DNA from: Mytilus californianus
Taxonomy: Eukaryota
NCBI RefSeq assembly: GCF_021869535.1
Contig: NW_026262626.1
Span: 10,416,001-10,480,000 of the forward strand
Direction of reading: 5' to 3'
Length of the DNA stretch: 64,000 bases
Shown here: in pieces, positions 39,827 through 52,358 of the stretch
Layout of the letters: the number at the start of each line of letters is the position of its first letter
Numbering within the stretch: the first letter of the stretch is position 1
Position numbers and translations under genes: made by a program
Notes under the pieces: model-generated
The model's input: the letters and a program-made list of their open reading frames with translations, nothing else
What the model was told of the DNA's origin: nothing
Database searches by the model: none

Positions 39827-40234
39827 CTGAAATACAAATTAAGAAACAGTCATCAGATCTTGCAAATATACAACTCATTTCATGTGCATACTTGTAAAGA
39901 AATTTATTTTTGAAGAGTGATTACAAAGGCAAAACATGTTTATGAGGTTATATTCCTTATTTTCCTTAAAGATCAAATTCAAGCAAGGGCATATTTATCA
40001 AGATTTTATTTCAAAAATAAAAACCACTCGCAAAAAAATACCACTCTCCATTAATTGAAGATGAAGTATCTTGTTCTGCTATAAATCTTGAAACTTTTCA
40101 GAAAAGTTGAATTTAAATTAGATAGTCCCAATAATTAGGGTCTGGATGGGGTTACAGAATAAAGAATAATCAACAAAAAAAGAAGAGAAAATGGCTTTTA
40201 AGAATTTAAAAATACAGACCCCAATCCAGACCCT

Positions 40235-40806
40235 TTTTAGCCCCCTATCGACAAAGTCGAAGAGGACTTTAGGTTTGCACTCCGTCTGTCTGTCCATCCG
40301 TCAGTCAGGCAAATCAGTTTTCCACACTTTTTTTCTTTTTTCTTGAAGATATTGATTTGATATTTGGTGTATTGTTTTATCATGACAAGTTACAGATCAA
40401 GATCAAATTTTAGTCCGGTCTAATGATTTTGTGCAGAGTTATGGTCCTTGGACTTAGAAAATTCACTCAAATAATCAGTTTTCCTCACTTTTTTTCATCG
40501 TGCTTGAAGATCTTGATTTGATAATTGGTATATAGTTTTATCATGACAAGTTACAGATCTAGTTCGAATTTTGCTCCGGTCTGATGATTTTGTGCAGAGT
40601 TATGGTCCTTGGACTTAGAAAATTCACTCAAATAATCAACTTTCCACATTTTTTTTCGTCGTGCTTGAAGATATTAACTTGATATTTGTTATAGAGTTTA
40701 CACCATGACAAGTTATAGATCAAGTTAGCATTTTGTTCCAGTACAATGAATTTTTAACTGGTAGGGGACTATGTATTGCCAGGCAATACTCACAGAATGC
40801 TTGTTA
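40235..40806 (-). mobile_element. HINE-like element with three ~160-bp units
   Basis: Hairpin CCCCTATCGACAAAGTCGAAGAGG, (CGTC/CTGT)n, units at ~40315, 40474, 40634, inverted repeat GTATTGCCAGGCAATAC, ends CTTGTT. Confidence 0.75.
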
Positions 40807-40959
40807 ATTACAAGATTTATTTTAATCTGGAGAACTTGGTATTATATTTTTGCATCTGGATCTTTCCTGAAGTTTTACGCACATACTGTTCACTATCAGG
40901 ATCAACAATGAAGCTCAACAATGTTAAAGCTATGATGATATTATCTACTTTATACATAC

Positions 40960-41081
40960 GTGTTGACATATCTGAAACAACCTTTAATATCCAGTTCTTT
41001 TGCCACAGTAGTTACAATTGGGAATGAGACTCGTGGTGGTCCATGACCAATGATTCCAACTGCACCTGCATGTCTTGTAGC
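40960..41081 (-). CDS. SORD: Sorbitol dehydrogenase-like, exon 8
   Basis: ctctgctag|GCTACA...CAACAC|gtatgt, 122 nt; ATRHAG...KELDIKGCFRYVNT. Confidence 0.95.
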
Positions 41082-41816
41082 CTAGCAGAGAATAGACAAA
41101 ATTATGTTATTGTTGAACTGTTACCTGCATGTCTTGTAGCCTAGCAGATAATAGACAAAATTATGTTATTGCTGAACTGTTGTTTGTGATATTGACTTAT
41201 TTTATCTCATTGGTGAAGTCTTGGCAATCTCTCATATATCGGCTTAAACAGTGTCATATTTTGAAAGGGAACAACATTTGGAGAGTCTGTGTAATCTATC
41301 TGATATGCACTAATAGAGGGTCTGGATTTTGAGCAATTATTTCTGGATATTTTGAATTCGAATTATGTAGGCCAAGATATATTTCAGGAGCTCCCTAAAT
41401 TCTATAATTTTGACTAAATCAGCACCTCATATATTTTTGTTTGCCTCCCTGGCTGCAGTTGTGTGTACCAACAACATTCTCTTTCCATTTATATCTATTA
41501 ACTAGTAGTTTCATGGGGGTCTGGATGGAGTTTACAGAATAGAGAATAATGGGCAAAAAATATAACAAATAGAGAAAAATAGGCCAAAAAAATAAAGTGT
41601 ATAATAGAGAAAAATGAGGTGCTGAAATATAAAGAATAGAGAAAAATTACCGAAAAAAATAAAGAATACAGAAATGAAGGAATCCCTATCCAGACTATCT
41701 ATTGAACAAGTAACATTGTAGTTGTTATTCAACTTGAAAAATGAACTTAAATCTTTACACATGTGAAATGTAATTAAACCTTTAACCAGACTCACTGCAT
41801 TAACATACTGACTTAC

Positions 41817-41995
41817 ATATACTGCAAGGTCTACAGAAAATTGTGCCCCACTACACTCTATGGTCTGATGTGGTGGTCCACCCATCATTTCACCTATTTT
41901 AAGACCTAGTTCTTCTGGTTTGTCATCTTTACCTATTAGGTATGTATGAGTAGCACCCAGTGTTTTGGCAAATTCTAGTCTCTTAGCATCAACAT
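41817..41995 (-). CDS. SORD: Sorbitol dehydrogenase-like, exon 7
   Basis: tttgtag|ATGTTG...GTATAT|gtaagt, 179 nt; DVDAKRLEFAKTLGA...TIECSGA. Confidence 0.95.
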
Positions 41996-43147
41996 CTACA
42001 AATTGGAAAAACAAAATTTGAAAAGACAACACTTGCAGAAGTAATGAGCCTCCTCAAAGGGTTTTTGATAATGTGATTACCTGGCCGTTTGTATAGTGAT
42101 TATTTGATTACCAGACCAAATATTTCATGAATATTTGATTATTTGATAATCTAGGACTGTATTTTTGATTATTTGATTATCTTGTTTAAGAAAATAATTA
42201 ATGATTATGTGATTATATTGGCAATTTGTGATTATGTGATTACTTGGACACCCCATGAGGGCCACAGTAGTAAATACGATCTGCATCCATACAAGGATTT
42301 GAATCTTAGGCAGAATGCACTTCCAATTATAAATGATTGCTAAATATGCAAATGAACAGCCTGTGCTTATGCTGTGACCACAGAAAACAAAAAATTGTGA
42401 TTCATTTCTTGATCAGGTTGAGAAACTTTAAATTGCTATTTGTTTGGCTTCTCTAATAAGTTAGCAACAGTACTGGATAATATTTTAGTATGGGATGACA
42501 TGTCTCCATTGAAGCTATACCTTATGAGCAATCATTTTAAAAAAACCTACTTTTTGTATTAGTCATCACGGCCAAAGTAGGGGTTATATTCATATCAAGT
42601 CAATATGGTATGAACCTAATTATGGTTAAAAATGACTCCTGCTTAAAAATGTCAGCCCATCAATTTAATTTAGGCCGTTCAGTTAAAGTATGCTGAAGTG
42701 CACCAAATAATAAGCTACTGAATGGAGGTTTATTGAAAAAAAATGATTTTTTTGTCATAATGATATATCAAATTTCATTAGTATGTAAGCCATCTTAGCC
42801 TTTTCTTCACACAATACTAGCATTCTGCATATTGAGATGCCTTGCAATAGGTCTTTGAGGGGTCCGTTGGTGGCCTGTTGTGCAGCTAAATTTGTCCATA
42901 TCCAATGTAATAATGTATACACATTTTCTGTGGTATTTCAAATTTCCCTTCCGTTATCCCTATCAACGCCTTTTGCAGGACCTACCTTTCGTATGTATTG
43001 TTCACTTGTTATCGTCCTGAAAATGCATGAAATACGTCAATGGACGTTAAGCAAACAACAATCTATCAATCAATCTTACAAAACCATCATTTTGCTGAGA
43101 GTGGGAATTGGATTGTATTTCAAATTTTGAATTTTTTTATTACTCAC

Positions 43148-43213
43148 CAGTAATGCATATTGATGCAGCTCCATATGCCTTTGCCACAAGCAGAGAGCAA
43201 AGACCAATTGGAC
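43148..43213 (-). CDS. SORD: Sorbitol dehydrogenase-like, exon 6
   Basis: ttttaaag|GTCCAA...TTACTG|gtgagt, 66 nt; completes the GAGPIG Rossmann motif. Confidence 0.95.
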
Positions 43214-43349
43214 CTTTAAAAGAAGAAACAAATTTGAAAGTTGTTAACCAAAACTATTTTACTATGCTACTGATAAAGTTAAATACAGAAAAGCCCTTCA
43301 CATTCAGGACAATTGTGTATATTCGATTAATCCACAACTCACATTACCG

Positions 43350-43603
43350 AGTTTGTACTTGCATGAACAACACAACGGGTACCACCTATGGAACAGGAAC
43401 TGCTTACCCTTTAAGATCACATGAGAATACACCCGGTTTTGGTAGGGTTCGTGTTGCTGAAGTCTTTCGTTTTTCTATGTTGTTTTTTGTATACTGTAGT
43501 TTGCCGTTTGGCCGTTTTTCTTTTTTTTTTGTAATTTCGTTGTCAGTTTGACATCTACTAATGAATTTTAATATCCCTTGATTATCTTCCGCCTCTCTTT
43601 TGA
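43350..43603 (+). mobile_element. 3'-UTR-only copy of the 55.6-kb Penelope-like element ('family C')
   Basis: CTGCTTACCCTT...GGGTTCGTGTTGCT...TCTTCCGCCTCTCTTTT matches 55630-55860 reversed; shorter copies at 2055-2225 and 62445-62525. Confidence 0.75.
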
Positions 43604-44054
43604 TAATAGAGAATAAAAGAAATATTACGTCAATATTGTAACATATCCCTCTACCAAATTTTAAAATGATGAAGATAAATCATTCAGTGATTTTAAATGT
43701 TGTACAGTGTAGTTATGTACCTGGATGATTGCACACCTCAGTGCAACCAAGGGGTGCAAGTAAAAAAAAACACATTTTTGTTCAATGCTGATATATGAGC
43801 CATAATGTGAATATTTAAATATCAGTCAGTGAAGCATGAAGTCTAGGCCATTGTGACCTGTTTTTATTTGCATGATAACCTACACGGTAATGCATATCTA
43901 CATGAAATGGCGTGTAAAAGAAACATTGGTAAACATAAAATACAATGCCAAGCTATATATACTGTGGGAATCCTATACTATATACAGTTAAGTCATCTCA
44001 TATGTTATATTGGCAAATCACTGAAAAAACGGTAATGGATCATTCGGATGTTAC

Positions 44055-44173
44055 CTGCCCCAGTTATAAGAACATGGTTTCCCATAGTAACACCAACTCT
44101 TCTACAAGCATTGAGACCAACAGAGAGAGGTTCTACGCATGCTCCTTCTTCAAAGCTAACATTGTCTGGTAGT
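44055..44173 (-). CDS. SORD: Sorbitol dehydrogenase-like, exon 5
   Basis: ctttttcag|ACTACC...GGGCAG|gtaaca, 119 nt; [19 protein letters not shown]. Confidence 0.95.
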
Positions 44174-44359
44174 CTGAAAAAGGAAGACAATATAAGTACT
44201 TCAACTGTAGATTCATAGTTTTGAAGGCCGTTAAATAATATATGTAGAAAGAGTTAAATTTAACTTTTCAAGTAAATTTTCATTGAAGTGAATTTTCGAT
44301 TATTCTTTTATTCTTTTTTCATCTTTTGTTAACAAACCAGACGACATTTTCACACTTAC

Positions 44360-44519
44360 TTGAAAACAAAATCTGCTGCATGAACATGGTATCGTGCCAA
44401 AGCACCACTGTCTGGGGGAGTAGCCAAGAAGAACAGATCAGGACACATGTTATACCGCCCTCCTTTACAGAACTCACATGATCTACATGTGATGTGTGGA
44501 TCCATTGCCACTCTATCAC
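44360..44519 (-). CDS. SORD: Sorbitol dehydrogenase-like, exon 4
   Basis: ctttag|GTGATA...TTTCAA|gtaagt, 160 nt; GDRVAMDPHITCRSCEFCKGGRYNMCP...ATPP. Confidence 0.95.
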
Positions 44520-44544
44520 CTAAAGTATTTTAAAACGAGGTTAA

Positions 44545-44762
44545 NNNNNNNNNNNNNNNNNNNNNNNNNNNNNNNNNNNNNNNNNNNNNNNNNNNNNNNN
44601 NNNNNNNNNNNNNNNNNNNNNNNNNNNNNNNNNNNNNNNNNNNNNNNNNNNNNNNNNNNNNNNNNNNNNNNNNNNNNNNNNNNNNNNNNNNNNNNNNNNN
44701 NNNNNNNNNNNNNNNNNNNNNNNNNNNNNNNNNNNNNNNNNNNNNNNNNNNNNNNNNNNNNN
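44545..44762. other. Assembly gap (218 N) in SORD intron 3
   Basis: Run of N. Confidence 1.
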
Positions 44763-44857
44763 ATGACGATGACGATAACGATAACGATAACGATGACGAT
44801 GATGATGAGGAGGAGGAGGAGGAGGAGGAGGAGGAGGAGGAGGAGGAGGAGGAGGAG
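44763..44857 (+). repeat. Compound (GAC/GAT/AAC)n(GAG)n microsatellite next to the assembly gap
   Basis: Direct reading; N run at 44545-44762. Confidence 0.95.
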
Positions 44858-45343
44858 TAAGTGTAAGGTATGGTCCAGTAAGTATTTTATTGATTATAAC
44901 TTTTATGTCGTTACATAAGTATTTTTATCAATATTTTGGTAATTTTCTGAGAATATGTAGTTTTAATGACTACTAGATATTATGCAAATCAGATAACTTT
45001 TTTAAAAATTTACCTTTCAAACAAAAAATACGTATACCTGTACTTTGCTATACTGTGTCAAAATTTCCATCATCTTCATCATTTTGATCTCCTTCAATTC
45101 ATGACAAAACTATGTTGAAACCACATTTTTTTCCTTGTCTTTTAAAGTATTCAGATAGATCAAACTGTTTCTTAGTGTAAACATACCTCTCAGAAACATT
45201 AATGTTAACATTCTTTCCCTTTTCTTTTGAACTTCATGCAACATAACTGGGATTTACATTATTTTTTCAAATAAAATACTTTTTCAACATAAACGTGTAC
45301 ACAATTCAGTAAAAATGAAAGGTAAAAATCAGCTTATACATAC

Positions 45344-45508
45344 CAACTTTAAGATTTTTTACATTTGGTCCGAGTTTAGTGACTATTCCGCTGGCCTCAT
45401 GACCAAGTAATATAGGGCCTTTTACAATAAAATCTCCAATGGCACCTGCTGTCCAGTATTTCACATCTGATCCACAAATACCAACTTTTTGCATTGAAAT
45501 TTGCACTT
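45344..45508 (-). CDS. SORD: Sorbitol dehydrogenase-like, exon 3 (catalytic Zn ligands)
   Basis: cttacag|AAGTGC...AAGTTG|gtatgt, 165 nt; GICGSDV and GHEASG motifs. Confidence 0.95.
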
Positions 45509-46339
45509 CTGTAAGTATCCAAAGTATATAACTGAGATCATGTTTGATAGCAAAAAGATGAAATTAGCAACACGATAGACGTTATGTAAAATGTTTTAAT
45601 TCTATGTGGGTATGTTTTACACTATATTTTATATAGCGAATATTCTTTCTTTAAAAAATGATAATTTACAACAATGGTTTCCCTTATCACCACAGCCGCT
45701 TGCGCTGATGGACTTAAGTTTAGAGTAAATGTTCTTTAATATTTTAGCTTATTTGCATTTATTTAATGTGTTCTTTGATTGGGATTGTGAATTTTGTCAC
45801 CAGAAGCCGATACGATTAAGCCCCAATTCATGTAGGAGTAGTTTGAAAATCACCAAGATGATTCGGAGAGAAGCACTCGCAATTTATCTATATAGGTCCG
45901 CCACACGGGTATCGAATAATGACTAGATAAATGGTTTGAAAAAAAACACACCCAGTTTGAAATTTCATATTGAATTTGATATTAAGGACATTAACATCTT
46001 GTATATGTTCATACTTTGCTTTTTTATATAGTATAACACGCGGAGTTGGATTTTGCCTGTCTAGCACACAGGCATTGACCCCCTTTTCTCTCTCATTTTT
46101 TGTGTTTATTTTTTTTGGTAGATATTCTTCAGTTTGAACATCTTTTCACCTATTTGATGTTTAATGTTTTCTTGCTCTTATCCAAACGATATTACAATAA
46201 CAGTAGTTCATAAACGCTGGGAAATAAGAATAAAGGGGCAGCATATATGAACAACTATTATTGTAATATCGTATGATTAGAGCAAGACAGTAAAGTCAAA
46301 ATGTTATTCAGCGACACATATTGCTTTAAATACAATATT

Positions 46340-46750
46340 ACAGCATCGCTGAATCAATATGGTGTATTAACTCATCACACAAAATAGCTACATGAGATTG
46401 AATCGATATGGTCTATCAACTCATGACATAGAATAGCTACATGAGATTGAATTGATATGGTCTATCAACTCATGACATAGAATAGCTACATGAGAAAGAA
46501 TCAGTATGGTGCATTAACTCATGGCAAAAAATAATTACATGAGATTGGATCGATATGTCTATTAACTCATGACACAAAATAGCTACATGAGAAAGAATAT
46601 ATATGGTGCATTAACTCATGGCACAACATAGCTACACGAGAAAGAATCGATATGGTGCAGTAACTCATTTAATTATGACAAAAAAGCTAGATAAGAAAGA
46701 ATCGATATGGTGTTTAATTCATGACACAAAATAGCTTCATGAGAAAGAAT
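46340..46750. repeat. 49-bp minisatellite (about 8 units) with internally palindromic units, SORD intron 2
   Basis: CATGAG starts at 46391, 46440, 46489, 46538, 46586, 46635. Confidence 0.9.
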
Positions 46751-46877
46751 CGAGAAGTCGAAAAGTCGAATACTCCTACTCAAAATGATATATTATTTCT
46801 TTTATGTTTTATTTTATAGAAAGAACCCTCATATCTTCAGATGAAAACATCTATACTCTTTTATAGATAATAATTAC

Positions 46878-46911
46878 CACCGGGACCAGGCTCCGGAATA
46901 CCCCTATCTTC
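46878..46911 (-). CDS. SORD: Sorbitol dehydrogenase-like, exon 2
   Basis: atttacag|GAAGAT...CCGGTG|gtaatt, 34 nt; EDRGIPEPGPG. Confidence 0.9.
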
Positions 46912-47189
46912 CTGTAAATAAAATATGAAGTTTATATTAAAAATAAACGCTTGCAAAGTAATTCAGTTTTTTTAAACTTCCAATCCCAGAGAAAAAAAAG
47001 CAATTTAATGACTTTTTTACGGACAGTTGAATTAAAGCTAGGAGGCTCTTCAAGAACAAACACCATGATTCCCGTGTGCAAAACGCATGACCTGAAATGA
47101 CCATCGTCAGGCTCGTTTTTTTTATAAAGAGTTCTAAAAAAGCCCAAACAATATATTACTCCTAAGAGCATAATAATAAAAAGACTTGT

Positions 47190-47535
47190 GATGTGCTGTT
47201 ATACCACTGTCCCAGGTTAGGTCACTGGTGAAGGGTTGGCGCGCCCGCAAACATGTTTAACCCCACCACATTTTGTATGTGCCTGTCCCAAGTCAAGAGC
47301 CTGTAATTCAGTGCATGGTTGGCGTTTGTTGCTGTTTATCATATTTATTTTTCGTTTATTGTTTTTTACATAAATCAGGCCGTTAGTTTTCTCGTTTGAA
47401 TAGTTTTACATTTGTCATTTCGGGGCCTTTTATAGCTTGCTATATGCGGTATGGGTTTTGCTCATTGTCGAAGACCGTACGGTGACCTAGAGTTGTCTCC
47501 TAAGTCCTTGGAATCGTTCCACATCTTCTTATTTT
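47190..47535 (+). mobile_element. Family B repeat copy
   Basis: GCCTGTCCCAAGTC...GAAGACCGTACGGTGACC...CCACATCTTCTT. Confidence 0.7.
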
Positions 47536-47628
47536 TCATTTAATATAAAAGCCAATTATAACAATGTATAAAGTCGTGTAATGTCAATTCTTTCTTTTAC
47601 TATGATATGAAACTTTGAATATTATACA

Positions 47629-47877
47629 GGGGGCCTCGGTTGCCGAGTGGTCTAAGTATAGTGAAACAAATGTATCAATTGCCTGTCAACACTGAGGTTG
47701 TGCACGTGGCAGGTGCGCTCGACTCCAATCTTAATTGACTAGGATTGTCAGTTTTCCTACCGAAGGTCGGTGGTTCTCATGGGGCACTCTGGCTTCCTCC
47801 ACCAATAAAAACTGACCGCAACGAAATACAACACAATAGTGTTGAAAGTGGCTTTAAACACCAATCAATCAATCAAT
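47629..47877 (+). mobile_element. tRNA-headed SINE, family 1, with (CAAT)n tail
   Basis: A-box-like TTGCCGAGTGG head, central GGCACTCTGGCTTCCTCCACCA, tail TAAACACCAATCAATCAATC; full inverted copy at 6190-6442, fragments at 21255-21358 and 23305-23365. Confidence 0.8.
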
Positions 47878-49094
47878 ATATCAATATCTTTGGACTGCAT
47901 CGGTTGTTGTAAAAAGTATATATATATATAGGGTTACACTTTATTACTAGCCAATGGAATCATGAGACGGGGTAACAAAACAGGCCTGACTAGTTTGTTA
48001 TAAATAATTTGGCATGGTTCACCTAACAAACATTGTGTCTGGAGGCAGGGTCCTCACAGTCGTCGGATCCAGGACTTCTTAAAGGGTGCGTAATTCCATA
48101 AAAGTGAACATATTTTATGTATACTGCCGAGCGGAGTGTGGCGATATATTTTGGACGATTTTATGCCAAATAATGATATTTTCTCTGATCAAAAGGGGGC
48201 TTTGGGCGTACGTCCCCTTAGAATCCGTCCTTGGCAGGTAAACTGAACTTTAAGGCACTAAGTACATGCTCAAGTAGTCAATTCAATCCGTTCACAATTG
48301 ATTTTCTACATTAGGAATAACATATAATAGTATTGATGGCAACTGTCCTACATGACACTGTAGAAATCGTGCTTAGAAATAAACACTTGTATAACATGTT
48401 TAGTTCTACACATTTTTGGGATTGTGTTTAATGTCTAAACACAATTCTCAGTAAGCACATTAAATGTAAACATGTCTTGAATTTAAACACTATTAAATGT
48501 GTTTTAGAATGAAAGTGTTGAGGAATAAATAAAACACAAATTTCTAAGCTAAACACCATCCTAAACACAATCCCAAACACATTGTACTGAGACACGTTTA
48601 GACCAAAACGCGTAAAAAAAGTGCACAAAAGATATGCTTAGAATTATGTTTAATTAATTATTAAAGTTGGTAAAACACCAATTTTACAGTGAAGTAAACG
48701 GATTGTTTGGTATTTTAACCGGCTGTCTGTTGAATATATTTCATAAACATGAACAAAACAAAGGGTGGTTTAGGTGACATTGTAAGATAATATATATTCT
48801 TTGTCCAGATATAGTTATCAATGTAAACAATGGAATTTCTGGGGTGACCAACAGTCATCAAAGTTTATAAATTTTCAAAAGTGGTAAAGACCATGGCCAG
48901 ACTAAATCTAAATCATGCTAGATGAAATGATCGCTATGGTCAAGCAGGTAATTACACCTACAAAGTGTACTAAACAAATGCACCATAAAGTAGTTTCTGT
49001 TATTTTGGGTAAGAAAATTTGGAAATTAAAGATTTTTTTTAGAAAAGTTTGAAGTATCCATAATAGATGATTGGTCATGCATTTCTTAACTTAC

Positions 49095-49148
49095 CAATCG
49101 AAGATCACCCTTCTTATAAAGAACTGCTGAAAGATTAATATCCGACAT
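49095..49148 (-). CDS. SORD: Sorbitol dehydrogenase-like, exon 1
   Basis: ATGTCGGAT...CGATTG|gtaagt; MSDINLSAVLYKKGDLRL; total CDS 1059 nt = 352 aa. Confidence 0.9.
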
Positions 49149-51595
49149 CTTCGCTATCGTATAGTTTATTCAAAGTAAACAAAGTAGACTTATCTACAAA
49201 ATGTAATCAACTAGGTTCAATATCTAGGTGAAGATAACGTGTAATGGAAAAGGTATACTGAACGACCAGAAAAACGCAGAAGTATGTAGATGACGGCTAA
49301 GCTGTACACACTATTATGTTGAATGTCCAACACTTTCTGGGAAACAGTAAAAAGTTTAAATACCATCCCATCTAAAAATCATGCAAAAGGTGATTCAAGG
49401 CTGGAAAGCCTAACTACACACTTTTATTTTTGATATTTTGTTCAGAATACAAAGTTATACTAAACTACACTTCTATATAATAATTTCTACTTTTATCCAT
49501 GATTGTGGGAGATTTAAAATATATGAAGTAAATGAAAAGTTTGAAAAGGGAGATAAATCAAAAACCAGCAGATCGTTGTATAGTAAATATCAAATTAATT
49601 GTGTTTCATGATCAGGCAGTATGGACATTATAGTTATAAATTTCACGGTGTGCATTAGTTAGTGCGTGCGTAAAATATTAAAAGTAAAAAAATAGTGAAG
49701 CACATTTTTCATGAATTGGATTATCAATATATGGAAGGCTTCTTAAACGAAATCTTTGTTATATGGTGTATGGTATCCATAATGTAGAAATAACAGATGC
49801 AGAAAATCAATTAAAATTTTTATATTGCTTTCAAACAAGACATATTCCAGGCGCATTGTTAACGCTTTAAAGTCTTTCCGTCTCGAATCCTTTCCTAGTG
49901 GTTAAGAATAAATTATAGAATGATCCTGCATTGTGTAAAACACCCGAATAGATTATTTAGTATTATATATTTATAAATGTTGATACAATTTATGCCTGTG
50001 TTTGCACATAATATCCTTATGCTGTGTCACACCTTGTGTTTTTCACCATATGACTACAAGGGGTGTACCACCTTAAATCCCCACCCGAAGAGGCGTCCAT
50101 AACACAATCTAATGAAAACATTTTAAACATTGGTGAATGTGTATTTTAAAAAAGTGGTATAACCAAAAACTTCGCAACAACTCTTTGTCCTTATATTTCC
50201 CCAAGATCTTTAACCAGCCGTGACTGATATACATCGGTTGCTTTACACCGGTTCAATACGGAATGTCTACCATGATGATGGGTTTGGTGTGCAACGTCCA
50301 GTGGCAAATATTACATGCATATATATCATGACGAGAACATGTTACTATGTAATATGAATATAAAATAAAGATATGTGGTATGAACTCTGCTTTGTACTAG
50401 ACCTACCCACTAGGCCGGACTTTAACATGTTAAAAATCATAACTCTATAAAGAGTTAACTGACAATTTCAGTCATGTTGACATATTTGTAGATCTTGTCC
50501 TGCTGGTCATTTTTGATCTATGAAGTTGTTATCTACATTTGTATCTATTACACTTTTCAAGATAAAAGGCAAAAACTCAAGGTATCAGTCCATTGGAATA
50601 CATGTCATGAATTCATGTCAAACATTATCAAGAGTCCGATCCAACCATGCAGTGTTTGCTCTTAATACCGCGTGCTTAGCGGAGAAGAGCAAATACCAAT
50701 TTTTCAATTCCTTGGTTTTGTACGGCCGGAAATCGAATCCCGACCAATTTCTACCTTGACTTTTATGAATACCATTACTTGTTGATATATTCCATATATT
50801 TTATCAGTACCTTTTATTTTTTTGCCATTGTGTTTTTCTGTTTTTTATTTCCATTGGTATCTCTTTCCTATTATCTGGTATGTCCGAGTCCTCCTACACA
50901 AACCAAAGTTAAATTGTTTGTTAGGTAGAAGACCTACTTAGCAGACAATCTCTTATATCTCTAAACAAATAAAAATGCCCTCTAATTTACCGTTGAACTA
51001 TCCACAGAACTTACTTTTGTTGTACGTAAGTTCGGACGTTAAAACTAACCATTGCAGCTTCGGAACTTTGATTTAAGAATTTCGAAAATGATGACTTTAA
51101 ACATATTTACCACTGGAAACGATACAACTTAAATGTAATCAAGACATTTACTAAATTTTATAAGAAATATACTGATTTATAGTTGAATGTAATATGACTC
51201 TTTTTCCAGGATTAAATAAAAAAGTGGCATTTCTGAAATTTACAAGTTTCAAGTTTGGACTTAAAAGACAACACGTATCATGGTCATACAGTGTTTTTAC
51301 ATCATGTAATTTTATTCATTAAAATATGTACATATATAGATTACTAAAACACGTGTACTTACTGATACTGGTCGCATAATACTCTATACATTTTGGTTAC
51401 TTTTGTGAGATGATGAAAATAATTTAAATATAGTACCAAAAAAAGACAACAATAGCTGGATATATACATATTCTTAGGAGCTAATCTAACATTACATTCT
51501 TAATTGGAACAACGCCGAATTATGCAGTGAATTTTGAAACAATTTGGGAATTATACAAAATCAAACTGCAGACTTCTGATAAACTATTAACTTGA

Positions 51596-51942
51596 TGGAT
51601 GGATGGATGGATGCTTAACGTCCAGCTGCAAATTAATATGCATATTCAGAACGAGAACATGTTAATGTAATATGAATACTAACCTTGCTTTGTACTAGAC
51701 TGACACGCTAAGTCGGATTTTTAACATGCTAGTTCACAAGGTAACAGTCCGCAGGAAGACATGTCACATTACCCGGACACATTATTCTGACTCCGAACAG
51801 ACCAGTCTTTGCTCTTACTCCTTAATGCCGCGTGCTTAGCAGAGAATATCAATTTTAATGTCTTTGGTTTGACCCGTCGGGGTTCGAACCAACGACCTCC
51901 CGCACTCGAGGCGAACACTACCACGAGACCACTGAGGCGGTC
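51596..51942 (-). mobile_element. tRNA-headed SINE, family 2, with (CCAT)n tail
   Basis: A box TGGTCTCGTGG, B box GGTTCGAACCC, body CTAAGCACGCGGCATTAAGGAGTAAGAGCAAAGAC; fragments at 50275-50420, 50632-50752, 42960-43075, 61620-61715. Confidence 0.8.
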
Positions 51943-52358
51943 TATTAACTTGAACGTTTGACAATAAGACCATACTATTTTTACAATTTTTACATTGTAT
52001 ATATATTGCTTGTAATAAATGAAATCAGTTGAATCTTTTATCACAGATTTTTAGAATCGTAACAACTGTTTGATTATACCATAATGTAGGGTAGGGTTTA
52101 CAGAATAGAGAATAATGTGGTCTAGTTTCAAATGTCATTATTGCAAACTATTTGCAGTGAGAGACTTGATGAACAATTGTATAAAAACATTGCATAATGT
52201 CACAATGGCACCTTAATTTAATTCCGTATTACAGTTTTAAAGTAACAGCTCGAACGACGTTACGTTCTTTTTGAAAAAAAAACAGTATGTTGTCTTTGAG
52301 CCTGCAGTAAGCGTGTTATAATCTCCAACACTTATGCACACCTTAAGTTTAATTCTTT

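Noticed and set aside
44496-44918. Poly-Arg ORF
   Set aside because: Artefact of the N gap and the (GAG)n microsatellite.
46340-46750. CRISPR-like array of palindromic repeats (also considered for 15.6-16.1 kb and 57.2-57.7 kb)
   Set aside because: Units are contiguous with no unique spacers, no cas genes are present and the context is a eukaryotic intron.
51870-51942. tRNA gene
   Set aside because: A and B boxes are present, but the sequence continues into a multi-copy SINE body and tail.
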